Assembly: GCF_009914755.1 (NCBI RefSeq)
Contig: NC_060944.1
Direction: 5' to 3' (one strand)
DNA length: 64,000 nucleotides
DNA from: the human T2T-CHM13v2.0 reference genome, Homo sapiens
Position 1 is the first letter of the stretch. Each line of letters starts with the position of its first letter. The notes under the pieces were generated by a model. It worked only from the letters and a program-made list of their open reading frames with translations. It was not told where the DNA came from and did no database searches. The translations under genes and the position numbers were made by a program. Below are positions 1 through 13,864 of this stretch, piece by piece.

Positions 1-270
1 CAAAACTGCTCTAGGAAAAGAAAGGTTCGACTCTGTTAGTAGAGGGCACACATCACAAACAAGTTGCCGAGAATGCTTCTGTCTGGTTTTTATGGGAAGA
101 TATTTCCTTTTCCAATACAAGCCTGAATGCGCTCCAAATGGACACTTCCAGACACGACAAAAGGAGTGTTTCAAACCTGTTCTATGAAAGGGAACGTTCC
201 ATTCTGTGAGTTGAATGCAAACATCACCAAGTAGTTTCTCAGAACGCTGCTGTCTGCTTTTTATATGTAT

Positions 271-287
271 TCCCGTTTCCAACGAAA
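271..287 (-). promoter_or_regulatory. CENP-B box, HOR position A (repeated in each HOR)
   Basis: tcccgtttccaacgaaa = reverse complement TTTCGTTGGAAACGGGA; the core nTTCGnnnnAnnCGGGn is intact. Context atatgtat...tcgtcaaagccag. Confidence 0.95.
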
Positions 288-441
288 TCGTCAAAGCCAG
301 CCAAATATCCACTTGCAGGTTCCACAGAAAGAGTGTTTCAAAACTGCTCTCTCAAAAGACATGTTCAACTCTGTCAGTTGAGGACACACATCACAAAGAA
401 GTTTCTGAGAATGCTTCTGTCTATTTTTTATGGGAAGATAT

Positions 442-458
442 TTCCTTTTTCACCATAG
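442..458 (+). promoter_or_regulatory. pJalpha (A-box) motif of the A-type monomer (repeated in each HOR)
   Basis: ttcctttttcaccatag matches TTCCTTTTYCACCRTAG and lies 171 bp from the CENP-B boxes at 271 and 613. The other three A monomers carry degenerate versions. Confidence 0.85.
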
Positions 459-612
459 GCCTCAAAGCGCTCCACATGTACACTTCCAAGGAATGGAAAA
501 AGAGTGTTTCCAACCTGCTCTATGAAAACGAATGTTCAACTCCGTGACTTGAATGCAACCATCACAAGGAAGTTTCTGAGAATGCTTCTGTCTAGATTTT
601 ATATGAAGATAT

Positions 613-629
613 TCCCGTTTCCAACGAAA
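613..629 (-). promoter_or_regulatory. CENP-B box, HOR position B
   Basis: tcccgtttccaacgaaa in context atgaagatat...tcctcaaagctat. Confidence 0.95.
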
Positions 630-948
630 TCCTCAAAGCTATCCAAATATCCACTTGGAGATTCTACAAAAAGAGTGTTTCAAAACTGCTCTATCAAAGA
701 AAGGTTCTACTCCGTCAGTTGAGGACACACATCACGAGTAATTTTCTGAGAATGCTTCTGTCTAGTTTTTAGGGGAAGATATGTCCTTTTTCACCTTAGG
801 CCGGAAAGCGCTCCAAAAGTCCGGATACAGACACTACAAAAAGAGTGTTTCAAACCTGCTCTGTGAAAGGGAATGTTCAATTCTGTGACTTGAATGCAAA
901 CAACACAAAGAAGTTGCTGAGAATGCTGCTGTCTGCTTTTTTACCTTA

Positions 949-965
949 TCCCGTTTCCAACGAAA
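949..965 (-). promoter_or_regulatory. CENP-B box, HOR position C
   Basis: tcccgtttccaacgaaa in context acctta...tcctcaaatc. Confidence 0.95.
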
Positions 966-1222
966 TCCTCAAATCTAGCCAAATATCCACTTGCAGACTC
1001 CACAAAAAGAGTGTTTCAAAACTATACTCTCCAAAGAAATGTTCAACTCTGTTAGTTGAGGACACACATCAGAGACTAGCTTCTGAGAATGCTTCTGTCC
1101 AGTTGTTACGGGAAGATATTTCCTTTTTCAACATAGGCCTGAAACCGCTTCAAATGTCCACTTCCAGATACTGCAAAGAGAGTGTTTCAAACCTTCTCTA
1201 CGAAAGGGCATGTTCTCCTCTG

Positions 1223-1230
1223 TGACGTCA
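1223..1230. other. Perfect CRE-consensus palindrome TGACGTCA (contains AatII site), once per HOR; function unknown
   Basis: ctctgTGACGTCAatg, where other monomers read gtgacttgaatg. The motif is certain; binding is not shown. Confidence 0.6.
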
Positions 1231-1290
1231 ATGCAAACATCCCAAAGAAGTTTCTGAGAATGCTTCTGTCTGGATTTTATCTGAAGACAA

Positions 1291-1307
1291 TCCCGTTTCC
1301 AACGAAA
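1291..1307 (-). promoter_or_regulatory. CENP-B box, HOR position D
   Basis: tcccgtttccaacgaaa in context ctgaagacaa...aaagatatgc. Confidence 0.95.
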
Positions 1308-1628
1308 TCCCCAAAGATATGCAAATATGCTCCTGCAGATTCTACAAAAAGAGTGTTTCAAAACTGCTCTATGAAAAGAAAGGTTCGACTCTGTTAGTAG
1401 AAGGCACACATCACAAACAAGTTGCCGAGAATGCTTCTGTCTGGTTTTTATGGGAAGATATTTCCTTTTCCAACACAAGCCTGAATGCGCTCCAAATGGA
1501 CATTTCCAGATACGACAAAAGGAGTGTTTCAAACCTGTTCTGTGAAAGGGAACGTTCCATTCTGTGACTTGAATGCAAACATCACCAAGTAGTTTCTCAG
1601 AACGCTGCTGTCTGCTTTTTATATGTAT

Positions 1629-2988
1629 TCCCGTTTCCAACGAAATCGTCAAAGCCAGCCAAATATCCACTTGCAGGTTCCACAAAAAGAGTGTTTCAAA
1701 ACTGCTCTCTCAAAAGATATGTTCAACTCTGTCAGTTGAGGACACACATCACAAAGAAGTTTCTGAGAATGCTTCTGTCTAGTTTTTATGGGAAGATATT
1801 TCCTTTTTCACCATAGGCCTCAAAGCGCTCCAAATGTCCACTTCCAGGGAATGGAAAAAGAGTGTTTCCAACCTGCTCTATGAAAGCGAATGTTCAACTC
1901 CGTGACTTGAATGCAACCATCACAAGGAAGTTTCTGAGAATGCTTCTGTCTAGATTTTATATGAAGATATTCCCATTTCCAACGAAATCCTCAAAGCTAT
2001 ACAAATATCCACTTGGACATTCTACAAAAAGAGTGTTTCAAAACTGCTCTATCAAAAGAAAGGTTCTACTCCGTCAGTTGAGGACACACATCACGAGTAA
2101 GTTTCTGAGAATGCTTCTGTCTAGTTTTTATGGGAAGATATGTCCTTTTTCACCTTAGGCCGGAAAGCGCTCCAAAAGTCCAGTTACAGACACTACAAAA
2201 AGAGTGTTTCAAACCTGCTCTGTGAAAGGGAATGTTCAATTCTGTGACTTGAATGCAAACATCAAAAAGAAGTTGCTGAGAATGCTGCTGTCTGCTTTTT
2301 ATGCCTTATCCCGTTTCCAACGAAATCCTCAACTCTAACCAAGTATCCACTTGCAGTCTCCACAAAAAGAGTGTTTCAAAACTGTACTGTCGAAAGAAAT
2401 GTTCAACTCTGTTAGTTGAGGACACACATCAGAGACTAGCTTCTGAGAATGCTTCTGTCCAGTTGTTACGGGAAGATATTTCCTTTTTCAACATAGGCCT
2501 GAAACCGCTTCAAATGTCCACTTCCAGATACTGCAAAGAGAGTGTTTCAAACCTTCTCTACGAAAGGGCATGTTCTCCTCTGTGACGTCAATGCAAACAT
2601 CCCAAAGAAGTTTCTGAGAATGCTTCTGTCTGGATTTTATCTGAAGACAATCCCGTTTCCAACGAAATCCTCAAAGATATGCAAATATGCTCCTGCAGAT
2701 TCTACAAAAAGAGTGTTTCAAAACTGCTCTATGAATAGAAAGGTTCGACTCTGTTAGTAGAGGGCACACATCACAAACAAGTTGCCGAGAATGCTTCTGT
2801 CTGGTTTTTATGGGAAGATATTTCCTTTTCCAACACAAGCCTGAATGCGCTCCAAATGGACACTTCCAGATACGACAAAAGGAGTGTTTCAAACCTGTTC
2901 TGGGAAAGGGAACGTTCCATTCTGTGACTTGAATGCAAACATCACCAAGTAGTTTCTCAGAACGCTGCTGTGTGCTTTTTATATGTAT
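1629..2988 (-). repeat. Representative full-length 8-mer HOR unit (1,360 bp)
   Basis: B-box positions at 1629, 1971, 2309, 2651 and the next unit at 2989 give spacings of 342/338/342/338 bp, i.e. four dimers. Confidence 0.95.
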
Positions 2989-5900
2989 TCCCGTTTCCAA
3001 CGAAATCGTCAAAGCCAGCCAAATATCCACTTGTAGGTTCCACAGAAAGAGTGTTTCAAAACTGCTCTCTCAAAAGACATGTTCAACTCTGTCAGTTGAG
3101 GACACACATCACAATGAAGTTTCTGAGAATGCTTCTGTCTAGTTTTTATGGGAAGATATTTCCTTTTTCACCATAGGCCTCAAAGCACTCCAAATGTCCA
3201 CTTCCAGGGAATGGAAAAAGAGTGTTTCCAACCTACTGTATGAAAGCCAATGTTCAACTCCGTGACTTGAATGCAACCATCACAAGAAAGTTTCTGAGAA
3301 TGCTTCTGTCTAGGTTTTATATGAAGATATTCCCGTTTCCAACGAAATCCTCAAAGCTATCCAAATATCCACTTGGAGATTCTACAAAAAGAGTGTTTCA
3401 AAACTGCTCTATCAAAAGAAAGGTTCTACTCCGTCAGTTGAGGACACACATCACGAGTAAGTTTCTGACAATGCTTCTGTCTAGTTTTTATGGGAAGATA
3501 TGTCCTTTTTCACCTTAGGCCGGAAAGCGCTCCAAAAGTCCAGTTACAGACACTACAAAAAGACTGTTTCAAACCTGCTCTGTGAAAGGGAATGTTCAAT
3601 TCTGTGACTTGAATGCAAACATCACAAAGAAGTTGCTGAGAATGCTGCTGTCTGCTTTTTATACCTTATCCCATTTCCAACGAAATCCTCAAATCCAGCA
3701 AAATATCCACTTGCAGACTCCACAAAAAGAGTGTTTCAAAACTGTACTGTCAAAAGAAATGTTCAACTCTGTTAGTTGAGGACACACATCAGAGACTAGC
3801 TTCTGAGAATGCTTCTGTCCAGTTGTTACGGGAAGATATTTCCTTTTTCAACATAGGCCTGAAACCGCTTCAAATGTCCGCTTCCAGATACTGCAAAGAG
3901 AGTGTTTCAAACCTTCTCTACGAAAGGGCATGTTCTCCTCTGTGACGTCAATGCAAACATCCCAAAGAAGTTTCTGAGAATGCTTCTGTCTGGATTTTAT
4001 CTGAAGACAATCCCGTTTCCAAAGAAATCCTCAAAGATATGCAAATATGCTCCTGCAGATTCTACAAAAAGAGTGTTTCAAAACTGCTCTAGGAAAAGAA
4101 AGGTTCGACTCTGTTAGTAGAGGGCACACATCACAAACAAGTTGCCGAGAATGCTTCTGTCTGGTTTTTATGGGAAGATATTTCCTTTTCCAATACAAGC
4201 CTGAATGCGCTCCAAATGGACACTTCCAGACACGACAAAAGGAGTGTTTCAAACCTGTTCTGGGAAAGGGAACGTTCCATTCTGTGAGTTGAATGCAAAC
4301 ATCACCAAGTAGTTTCTCAGAACGCTGCTGTCTGCTTTTTATATGTATTTCCGTTTCCAACGAAATCGTCAAAGCCAGCCAAATATCCACTTGCAGGTTC
4401 CACAGAAAGAGTGTTTCAAAACTGCTCTCTCAAAAGACATGTTCAACTCTGTCAGTTGAGCACACACATCACAAAGAAGTTTCTGAGAATGCTTCTGTCT
4501 AGTTTTTATGGGAAGATATTTCCTGTTTCACCATAGGCCTCAAAGCGCTCCACATGTACACTTCCAAGGAATGGAAAAAGAGTGTTTCCAACCTGCTGTA
4601 TGAAAGCGAATGTTCAACTCCGTGACTTGAATGCAACCATCACAAGGAAGTTTCTGAGAATGCTTCTGTCTAGATTTTATATGAAGATATTCCCGTTTCC
4701 AAAGAAATCCTCAAAGCTATACAAATATCCACTTGGACATTCTACAAAAAGAGTGTTTCAAAACTGCTCTATCAAAAGAAAGGTTCTACTCCGTCAGTTG
4801 AGGACACACATCACGAGTAAGTTTCTGAGAATGCTTCTGTCTAGTTTTTATGGGAAGATATGTCCTTTTTCACCTTAGGCCGGAAAGCGCTCCAAAAGTC
4901 CAGATACAGACACTACAAAAAGAGTGTTTCAAACCTGCTCTGTGAAAGGGAATGTTCAATTCTGTGACCTCAATGCAAACAACACAAAGGTGTTGCTGAG
5001 AATGCTGCTGTCTGCTTTTTTACCTTATCCCGTTTCCAACGAAATCCTCAAATCTAGCCAAATATCCACTTGCAGACTCCACAAAAAGAGTGTTTCAAAA
5101 CTATACTCTCCAAAGAAATGTTCAACTCTGTTAGTTGAGGACACACATCAGAGACTAGCTTCTGAGAATGCTTCTGTCCAGTTGTTACGGGAAGATATTT
5201 CCTTTTTCAACATAGGCCTGAAACCGCTTCAAATGTCCACTTCCAGATACTGCAAAGAGAGTGTTTCAAACCTTCTCTACGAAAGGGCATGTTCTCCTCT
5301 GTGACGTCAATGCAAACATCCCAAAGAAGTTTCTGAGAATGCTTCTGTCTGGATTTTATCTGAAGACAATCCCGTTTCCAACGAAATCCTCAAAGATATG
5401 CAAATATGCTCCTGCAGATTCTACAAAAAGAGTGTTTCAAAACTGCTCTATGAAAAGAAAGGTTCGACTCTGTTAGTAGAAGGCACACATCACAAACAAG
5501 TTGCCGAGAATGCTTCTGTCTGGTTTTTATGGGAAGATATTTCCTTTTCCAACACAAGCCTGAATGCGCTCCAAATGGACATTTCCAGATACGACAAAAG
5601 GAGTGTTTCAAACCTGTTCTGTGAAAGGGAACGTTCCATTCTGTGACTTGAATGCAAACATCACCAAGTAGTTTCTCAGAACGCTGCTGTCTGCTTTTTA
5701 TATGTATTCCCGTTTCCAACGAAATCGTCAAAGCCAGCCAAATATCCACTTGCAGGTTCCACAAAAAGAGTGTTTCAAAACTGCTCTCTCAAAAGATATG
5801 TTCAACTCTGTCAGTTGAGGACACACATCACAAAGAAGTTTCTGAGAATGCTTCTGTCTAGTTTTTATGGGAAGATATTTCCTTTTTCACCATAGGCCTC

Positions 5901-8900
5901 AAAGCGCTCCAAATGTCCACTTCCAGGGAATGGAAAAAGAGTGTTTCCAACCTGCTCTATGAAAGCGAATGTTCAACTCCGTGACTTGAATGCAACCATC
6001 ACAAGGAAGTTTCTGAGAATGCTTCTGTCTAGATTTTATATGAAGATATTCCCATTTCCAACGAAATCCTCAAAGCTATACAAATATCCACTTGGACATT
6101 CTACAAAAAGAGTGTTTCAAAACTGCTCTATCAAAAGAAAGGTTCTACTCCGTCAGTTGAGGACACACATCACGAGTAAGTTTCTGAGAATGCTTCTGTC
6201 TAGTTTTTATGGGAAGATATGTGCTTTTTCACCTTAGGCCGGAAAGCGCTCCAAAAGTCCAGTTACAGACACTACAAAAAGAGTGTTTCAAACCTGCTCT
6301 GTGAAAGGGAATGTTCAATTCTGTGACTTGAATGCAAACATCACAAAGAAGTTGCTGAGAATGCTGCTGTCTGCTTTTTATGCCTTATCCCGTTTCCAAC
6401 GAAATCCTCAACTCTAACCAAGTATCCACTTGCAGTCTCCACAAAAAGAGTGTTTCAAAACTGTACTCTCCAAAGAAATGTTCAACTCTGTTAGTTGAGG
6501 ACACACATCAGAGACTAGCTTCTGAGAATGCTTCTGTCCAGTTGTTACGGGAAGATATTTCCTTTTTCAACATAGGCCTGAAACCGCTTCAAATGTCCGC
6601 TTCCAGATACTGCAAAGAGAGTGTTTCAAACCTTCTCTACGAAAGGGCATGTTCTCCTCTGTGACGTCAATGCAAACATCCCAAAGAAGTTTCTGAGAAT
6701 GCTTCTGTCTGGATTTTATCTGAAGACAATCCCGTTTCCAACGAAATCCTCAAAGATATGCAAATATGCTCCTGCAGATTCTACAAAAAGAGTGTTTCAA
6801 AACTGCTCTATGAATAGAAAGGTTCGACTCTGTTAGTAGAGGGCACACATCACAAACAAGTTGCCGAGAATGCTTCTGTCTGGTTTTTATGGGAAGATAT
6901 TTCCTTTTCCAACACAAGCCTGAATGCGCTCCAAATGGACACTTCCAGATACGACAAAAGGAGTGTTTCAAACCTGTTCTGTGAAAGGGAAGGTTCCATT
7001 CTGTGACTTGAATGCAAACATCACCAAGTAGTTTCTCAGAACGCTGCTGTCTGCTTTTTATATGTATTCCCGTTTCCAACGAAATCGTCAAACCACCCAA
7101 ATATCCACTTGCAGGTTCCACAAAAAGAGTGTTTCAAAACTGCTCTCTCAAAAGACATGTTCAACTCTGTCAGTTGAGGACACACATCACAATGAAGTTT
7201 CTGAGAATGCTTCTGTCTAGTTTTTATGGGAAGATATTTCCTTTTTCACCATAGGCCTCAAATCACTCCAAATGTCCACTTCCAGGGAATGGAAAAAGAG
7301 TGTTTCCAACCTGCTCTATGAAAGCCAATGTTCAACTCCGTGACTTGAATGCAACCATCACAAGGAAGTTTCTGAGAATGCTTCTGTGTAGGTTTTATAT
7401 GAAGATATTCCCGTTTCCAACGAAATCCTCAAAGCTATCCAAATATCCACTTGGAGATTCTACAAAAAGAGTGTTTCAAAACTGCTCTATCAAAAGAAAG
7501 GTTCTACTCCGTCAGTTGAGGACACACATCACGAGTAAGTTTCTGACAATGCTTCTGTCTAGTTTTTATGGGAAGATATGTCCTTTTTCACCTTAGGCCG
7601 GAAAGCGCTCCAAAAGTCCAGTTACAGACACTACAAAAAGAGTGTTTCAAACCTGCTCTGTGAAAGGGAATGTTCAATTCTGTCACTTGAATGCAAACAT
7701 CACAAAGAAATTGCTGAGAATGCTGCTGTCTGCTTTTTATACCTTATCCCGTTTCCAACGAAATCCTCAAATCCAGCCAAATATCCACTTGCAGACTCCA
7801 CAAAAAGAGTGTTTCAAAACTGTACTGTCAAAAGAAATGTTCAATTCTGTTAGTTGAGGACACACATCAGAGACTAGCTTCTGAGAATGCTTCTGTCCAG
7901 TTGTTACGGGAAGATATTTCCTTTTTCATCATAGGCCTGAAACCGCTTCAAATGTCCGCTTCCAGATACTGCAAAGAGAGTGCTTCAAACCTTCTCTACG
8001 AAAGCGCATGTTCTCCTCTGTGACGTCAATGCAAACATTCCAAAGAAGTTTCTGAGAATGCTTCTGTCGGGATTTTATCTGAAGAAAATCCCGTTTCCAA
8101 CGAAATCCTCAAAGATATGCAAATATGCTCCTGCAGATTCTACAAAAAGAGTGTTTCAAAACTGCTCTATGAATAGAAAGGTTCGACTCTGTTAGTAGAG
8201 GGCACACATCACAAACAAGTTGCCGAGAATGCTTCTGTCTGGTTTTTATGGGAAGATATTTCCTTTTCCAACACAAGCCTGAATGCGCTCCAAATGGACA
8301 CCTCCAGATACGATAAAAGGAGTGTTTCAAACCTGTTCTGGGAAAGGGAACGTTCCATTCTGTGACTTGAATGCAAACATCACCAAGTAGTTTCTCAGAA
8401 CGCTGCTGTCTGCTTTTTATATGTATTCCCGTTTCCAACGAAATCGTCAAAGCCAGTCAAATATCCACTTGCAGGTTGCACAAAAAGAGTGTTTCAAAAC
8501 TGCTCTCTCAAAAGACATGTTCAACTCTGTCAGTTGAGGACACACATCACAAAGTAGTTTCTGAGAATGCTTCTGTCTAGTTTTTATGGGAACATATTTC
8601 CTTTTTCACCATAGGTCTCAAAGCGCTCCAAATGTCCACTTCCAGGGAATGGAAAAAGAGTGTTTTCAACCTGCTCTATGAAAGCCAATGTTCAACTCTG
8701 TGACTTGAATGCAACCATCACAAGGAAGTTTCTGAGAATGCTTCTGTGTAGGTTTTATATGAACATATTCCCGTTTCCAACGAAATCCTCAAAGCTATCC
8801 AAATATCCACTTGGAGATTCTACAAAAAGAGTGTTTCAAAACTGCTCTATCAAAAGAAAGGTTCTACTCCGTCAGTTGAGGACACACATCACGAGTAAGT

Positions 8901-11900
8901 TTCTGAGAATGCTTGTGTCTAGTTTTTATGGGAAGATATGTCCTTTTTCACCTTAGGCCGGAAAGCTCTCCAAAAGTCCAGTTACAGACACTACAAAAAG
9001 AGTGTTTCAAACCTGCTCTGTGAAAGGGAATGTTCAATTCTGTGACTTGAATGCAAACATCCCAAAGAAGTTGCTGAGAATGTTGCTGTCTGCTTTTTAT
9101 ACCTTATCCCGTTTCCAACGAAATCCTCAAATCTAGCCAAATATCCGCTTGCAGACTCCACAAAAAGAGTGTTTCAAAACTGTACTGTCAAAAGAAATGT
9201 TCAACTCTGTTAGTTGAGGACACACATCAGAGACTAGCTTCTGAGAATGCTTCTGTCCAGTTGTTACGGGAAGATATTTCATTTTTCAACATAGGCCTGA
9301 AACCGCTTCAAATGTCCACTTCCAGATACTGCAAAGAGAGTGTTTCAAACCTTCTCTACGAAAGGGCATGTTCTCCTCTGTGACGTCAATGCAAACATCC
9401 CAAAGAAGTTTCTGAGAATGCTTCTGACTGAATTTTATCTCAAGACAATGCCGTTTCCAAAGAAATCCTCAAAGATATGCAAATATGCTCCTGCAGATTC
9501 TACAAAAAGAGTGTTTCAAAACTGCTCTAGGAAAAGAAAGGTTCGACTCTGTTAGTAGAGGGCACACATCACAAACAAGTTGCCGAGAATGCTACTGTCT
9601 GGTTTTTATGGGAAGATATTTCCTTTTCCAATACAAACCTGAATGCGCTCCAAATGGACACTTCCAGACACGACAAAAGGAGTCTTTCAAACCTGTTCTG
9701 TGAAAGGGAACGTTCCATTCTGTGAGTTGAATGCAAACATCACCAAGTAGTTTCTCAGAACGCTGCTGTCTGCTTTTTATATGTATTTCCGTTTCCAACG
9801 AAATCGTCAAAGCCAGCCAAATATCCACTTGCAGGTTCCACAGAAAGAGTGTTTCAAAACTGCTCTCTCAAAAGACATGTTCAACTCTGTCAGTTGAGGA
9901 CACACATCACAAAGAAGTTTCTGAGAATGCTTCTGTCTAGTTTTTATGGGAAGATATTTCCTTTTTCACCATAGGCCTCAAAGCGCTCCACATGTACACT
10001 TCCAAGGAATGGAAAAAGAGTGTTTCCAACCTGCTCTATGAAATCGAATGTTCAACTCCGTGACTTGAATGCAACCATCACAAGGAAGTTTCTGAGAATG
10101 CTTCTGTCTAGATTTTATATGAAGATATTCCCGTTTCCAACGAAATCCTCAAAGCTATACAAATATCCACTTGGACATTCTACAAAAAGAGTGTTTCAAA
10201 ACTGCTCTATCAAAAGAAACGTTCTACTCCGTCAGTTGAGGACACACATCACGAGTAAGTTTCTGAGAATGCTTCTGTCTAGTTTTTATGGGAAGATATT
10301 TCCTTTTTCACCTTAGGCCGGAAAGCGCTCCAAAAGTCCGGATACAGACACTACAAAAAGAGTGTTTCAAACCTGCTCTGTGAAAGGGAATGTTCAATTC
10401 TGTGACTTCAATGCAAACAACACAAAGAAGTTGCTGAGAATGCTGCTGTCTGCTTTTTTACCTTATCCCGTTTCCAAAGAAATCCTCAAATCTAGCCAAA
10501 TATCCACTTGCAGACTCCACAAAAAGAGTGTTTCAAAACTATACTCTCCAAAGAAATGTTCAACTCTGTTAGTTGAGGACACACATCAGAGACTAGCTTC
10601 TGAGAATGCTTCTGTCCAGTTGTTACGGGAAGATATTTCCTTTTTCAACATAGTCCTGAAACTGCTTCAAATGTCCACTTCCAGATACTGCAAAGAGAGT
10701 GTTTCAAACCTTCTCTACGAAAGGGCATGTTCTCCTCTGTGACGTCAATGCAAACATCCCAAAGAAGTTTCTGAGAATGCTTCTGTCTGGATTTTATCTG
10801 AAGACAATCCCGTTTCCAACGAAATCCTCAAAGATATGCAAATATGCTCCTGCAGATTCTACAAAAAGAGTGTTTCAAAACTGCTCTATGAAAAGAAAGG
10901 TTCGACTCTGTTAGTAGAAGGCACACATCACAAACAAGTTGCCGAGAATGCTTCTGTCTGGTTTTTATGGGAAGATATTTCCTTTTCCAACACAAGCCTG
11001 AATGCGCTCCAAATGGACATTTCCAGATACGACAAAAGGAGTGTTTCAAACCTGTTCTGTGAAAGGGAACGTTCCATTCTGTGACTTGAATGCAAACATC
11101 ACCAAGTAGTTTCTCAGAACGCTGCTGTCTGCTTTTTATATGTATTCCCGTTTCCAACGAAATCGTCAAAGCCAGCCAAATATCCACTTGCAGGTTCCAC
11201 AAAAAGAGTGTTTCAAAACTGCTCTCTCAAAAGATATGTTCAACTCTGTCAGTTGAGGACACACATCACAAAGAAGTTTCTGAGAATGCTTCTGTCTAGT
11301 TTTTCTGGGAAGATATTTCCTTTTTCACCATAGGCCTCAAAGCGCTCGAAATGTCCACTTCCAGGGAATGGAAAAAGAGTGTTTCCAACCTGCTCTATGA
11401 AAGCGAATGTTCAACTCCGTGACTTGAATGCAACCATCACAAGGAAGTTTCTGAGAATGCTTCTGTCTAGATTTTATATGAAGATATTCCCATTTCCAAC
11501 GAAATCCTCAAAGCTATACAAATATCCACTTGGACATTCTACAAAAAGAGTGTTTCAAAACTGCTCTATCAAAAGAAAGGTTCTACTCCGTCAGTTGAGG
11601 ACACACATCACGAGTAAGTTTCTGAGAATGCTTCTGTCTAGTTTTTATGGGAAGATATGTCCTTTTTCACCTTAGGCCTGAAAGCGCTCCAAAAGTCCAG
11701 TTACAGACACTACAAAAAGAGTGTTTCAAACCTGCTCTCTGAAAGGGAATGTTCAATTCTGTGACTTGAATGCAAACATCACAAAGAAGTTGCTGAGAAT
11801 GCTGCTGTCTGCTTTTTATGCCTTATCCCGTTTCCAACGAAATCCTCAACTCTAACCAAGTATCCACTTGCAGTCTCCACAAAAAGAGTGTTTCAAAACT

Positions 11901-13864
11901 GTACTGTCGAAAGAAATGTTCAACTCTGTTAGTTGAGGACACACATCAGAGACTAGCTTCTGAGAATGCTTCTGTCCAGTTGTTACGGGAAGATATTTCC
12001 TTTTTCAACATAGGCCTGAAACCACTTCAAATGTCCACTTCCAGATACTGCAAAGAGAGTGTTTCAAACCTTCTCTACGAAAGGGCATGTTCTCCTCTGT
12101 GACGTCAATGCAAACATCCCAAAGAAGTTTCTGAGAATGCTTCTGTCTGGATTTTATCTGAAGACAATCCCGTTTCCAACGAAATCCTCAAAGATATGCA
12201 AATATGCTCCTGCAGATTCTACAAAAAGAGTGTTTCAAAACTGCTCTATGAATAGAAAGGTTCGACTCTGTTAGTAGAGGGCACACATCACAAACAAGTT
12301 GCCGAGAATGCTTCTGTCTGATTTTTATGGGAAGATATTTCCTTTTCCAACACAAGCCTGAATGCGCTCCAAATGGACACTTCCAGATACGACAAAAGGA
12401 GTGTTTCAAACCTGTTCTGGGAAAGGGAACGTTCCATTCTGTGACTTGAATGCAAACATCACCAAGTAGTTTCTCAGAACGCTGCTGTCTGCTTTTTATA
12501 TGTATTCCCGTTTCCAACGAAATCGTCAAAGCCAGCCAAATATCCACTTGCAGGTTCCACAAAAAGAGTGTTTCAAAACTGCTCCCTCAAAAGACATGTT
12601 CAACTATGTCAGTTGAGGACACACATCACAAATAAGTTTCTGAGAATGCTTCTGTCTAGTTTTTATGGGAAGATATTTCCTTTTTCACCATAGGCCTCAA
12701 AGCGCTCCAAATGTCCACTTCCAGGGAATGGAAAAAGAGTGTTTCCAACCTGCTCTATGAAAGCCAATGTTCAACTCCGTGACTTGAATGCAACCATCAC
12801 AAGGAAGTTTCTGAGAATGCTTCTGTGTAGGTTTTATATGAAGATATTCCCGTTTCCAACGAAATCCTCAAAGCTATCCAAATATCCACTTGGAGATTCT
12901 ACAAAAAGAGTGTTTCAAAACTGCTCTATCAAAAGAAAGGTTCTACTCCGTCATTTGAGGACACACATCACTAGTAAGTTTCTGAGAATGCTTCTGTCTA
13001 GTTTTTATGGGAAGATATGTCCTTTTTCACCTTAGGCCGGAAAGCGCTCCAAAAGTCCAGTTACAGACACTACAAAAAGAGTGTTTCAAACCTGCTCTGT
13101 GAAAGGGAATGTTCAATTCTGTGACTTGAATGCAAACATCAGAAAGAAGTTGCTGAGAATGCTGCTGTCTGTTTTTATACCTTATCCCGTTTCCAACGAA
13201 ATCCTCAAATCTAGCCAAATATCCACTTGCAGACTCCACAAAAAGAGTGTTTCAAAACTGTACTGTCAAAAGAAATGTTCAACTCTGTTAGTTGAGGACA
13301 CACATCAGAGACTAGCTTCTGAGAATGCTTCTGTCCAGTTGTTACGGGAAGATATTTCCTTTTTCAACATAGGCCTGAAACCGCTTCAAATGTCCGCTTC
13401 CAGATACTGCAAAGAGAGTGTTTCAAACCTTCTCTACGAAAGGGCATGTTCTCCTCTGTGACGTCAATACAAACATCCCAAAGAAGTTTCTGAGAATGCT
13501 TCTGTCTGGATTTTATCTGAAGACAATCCCGTTTCCAACGAAATCCTCAAAGATATGCAAATATGCTCCTGCAGATTCTACAAAAAGAGTGTTTCAAAAC
13601 TGCTCTATGAATAGAAAGGTTCGACTCTGTTAGTAGAGGGCACACATCACAAAAAAGTTGCCGAGAATGCTTCTGTCTGGTTTTTATGGGAAGATATTTC
13701 CTTTTCCAACACAAGCCTGAATGCGCTCCAAATGGACACTTCCAGATACGACAAAAGGAGTGTTTCAAACTTGTTCTGTGAAAGGGAACGTTCCATTTTG
13801 TGACTTGAATGCAAACATCACCAAGTAGTTTCTCAGAACGCTGCTGTCTGCTTTTTATATGTAT

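Noticed and set aside
397-418. agaagtttctgagaatgcttct as a heat-shock element or hairpin
   Set aside because: The GAA/TTC spacing is off canonical HSE phase. The imperfect dyad is a generic, known feature of alphoid monomers.
271-1645. CRISPR-like pattern of conserved 17-19 bp motifs at regular spacing
   Set aside because: The motifs are CENP-B boxes, the intervening DNA is itself repeated alphoid sequence rather than unique spacers, and there are no cas genes.
1128-1685. Longest ORF (185 aa, minus strand)
   Set aside because: It is extended only because a single SNV near 1311 removes a stop codon present in the other copies.
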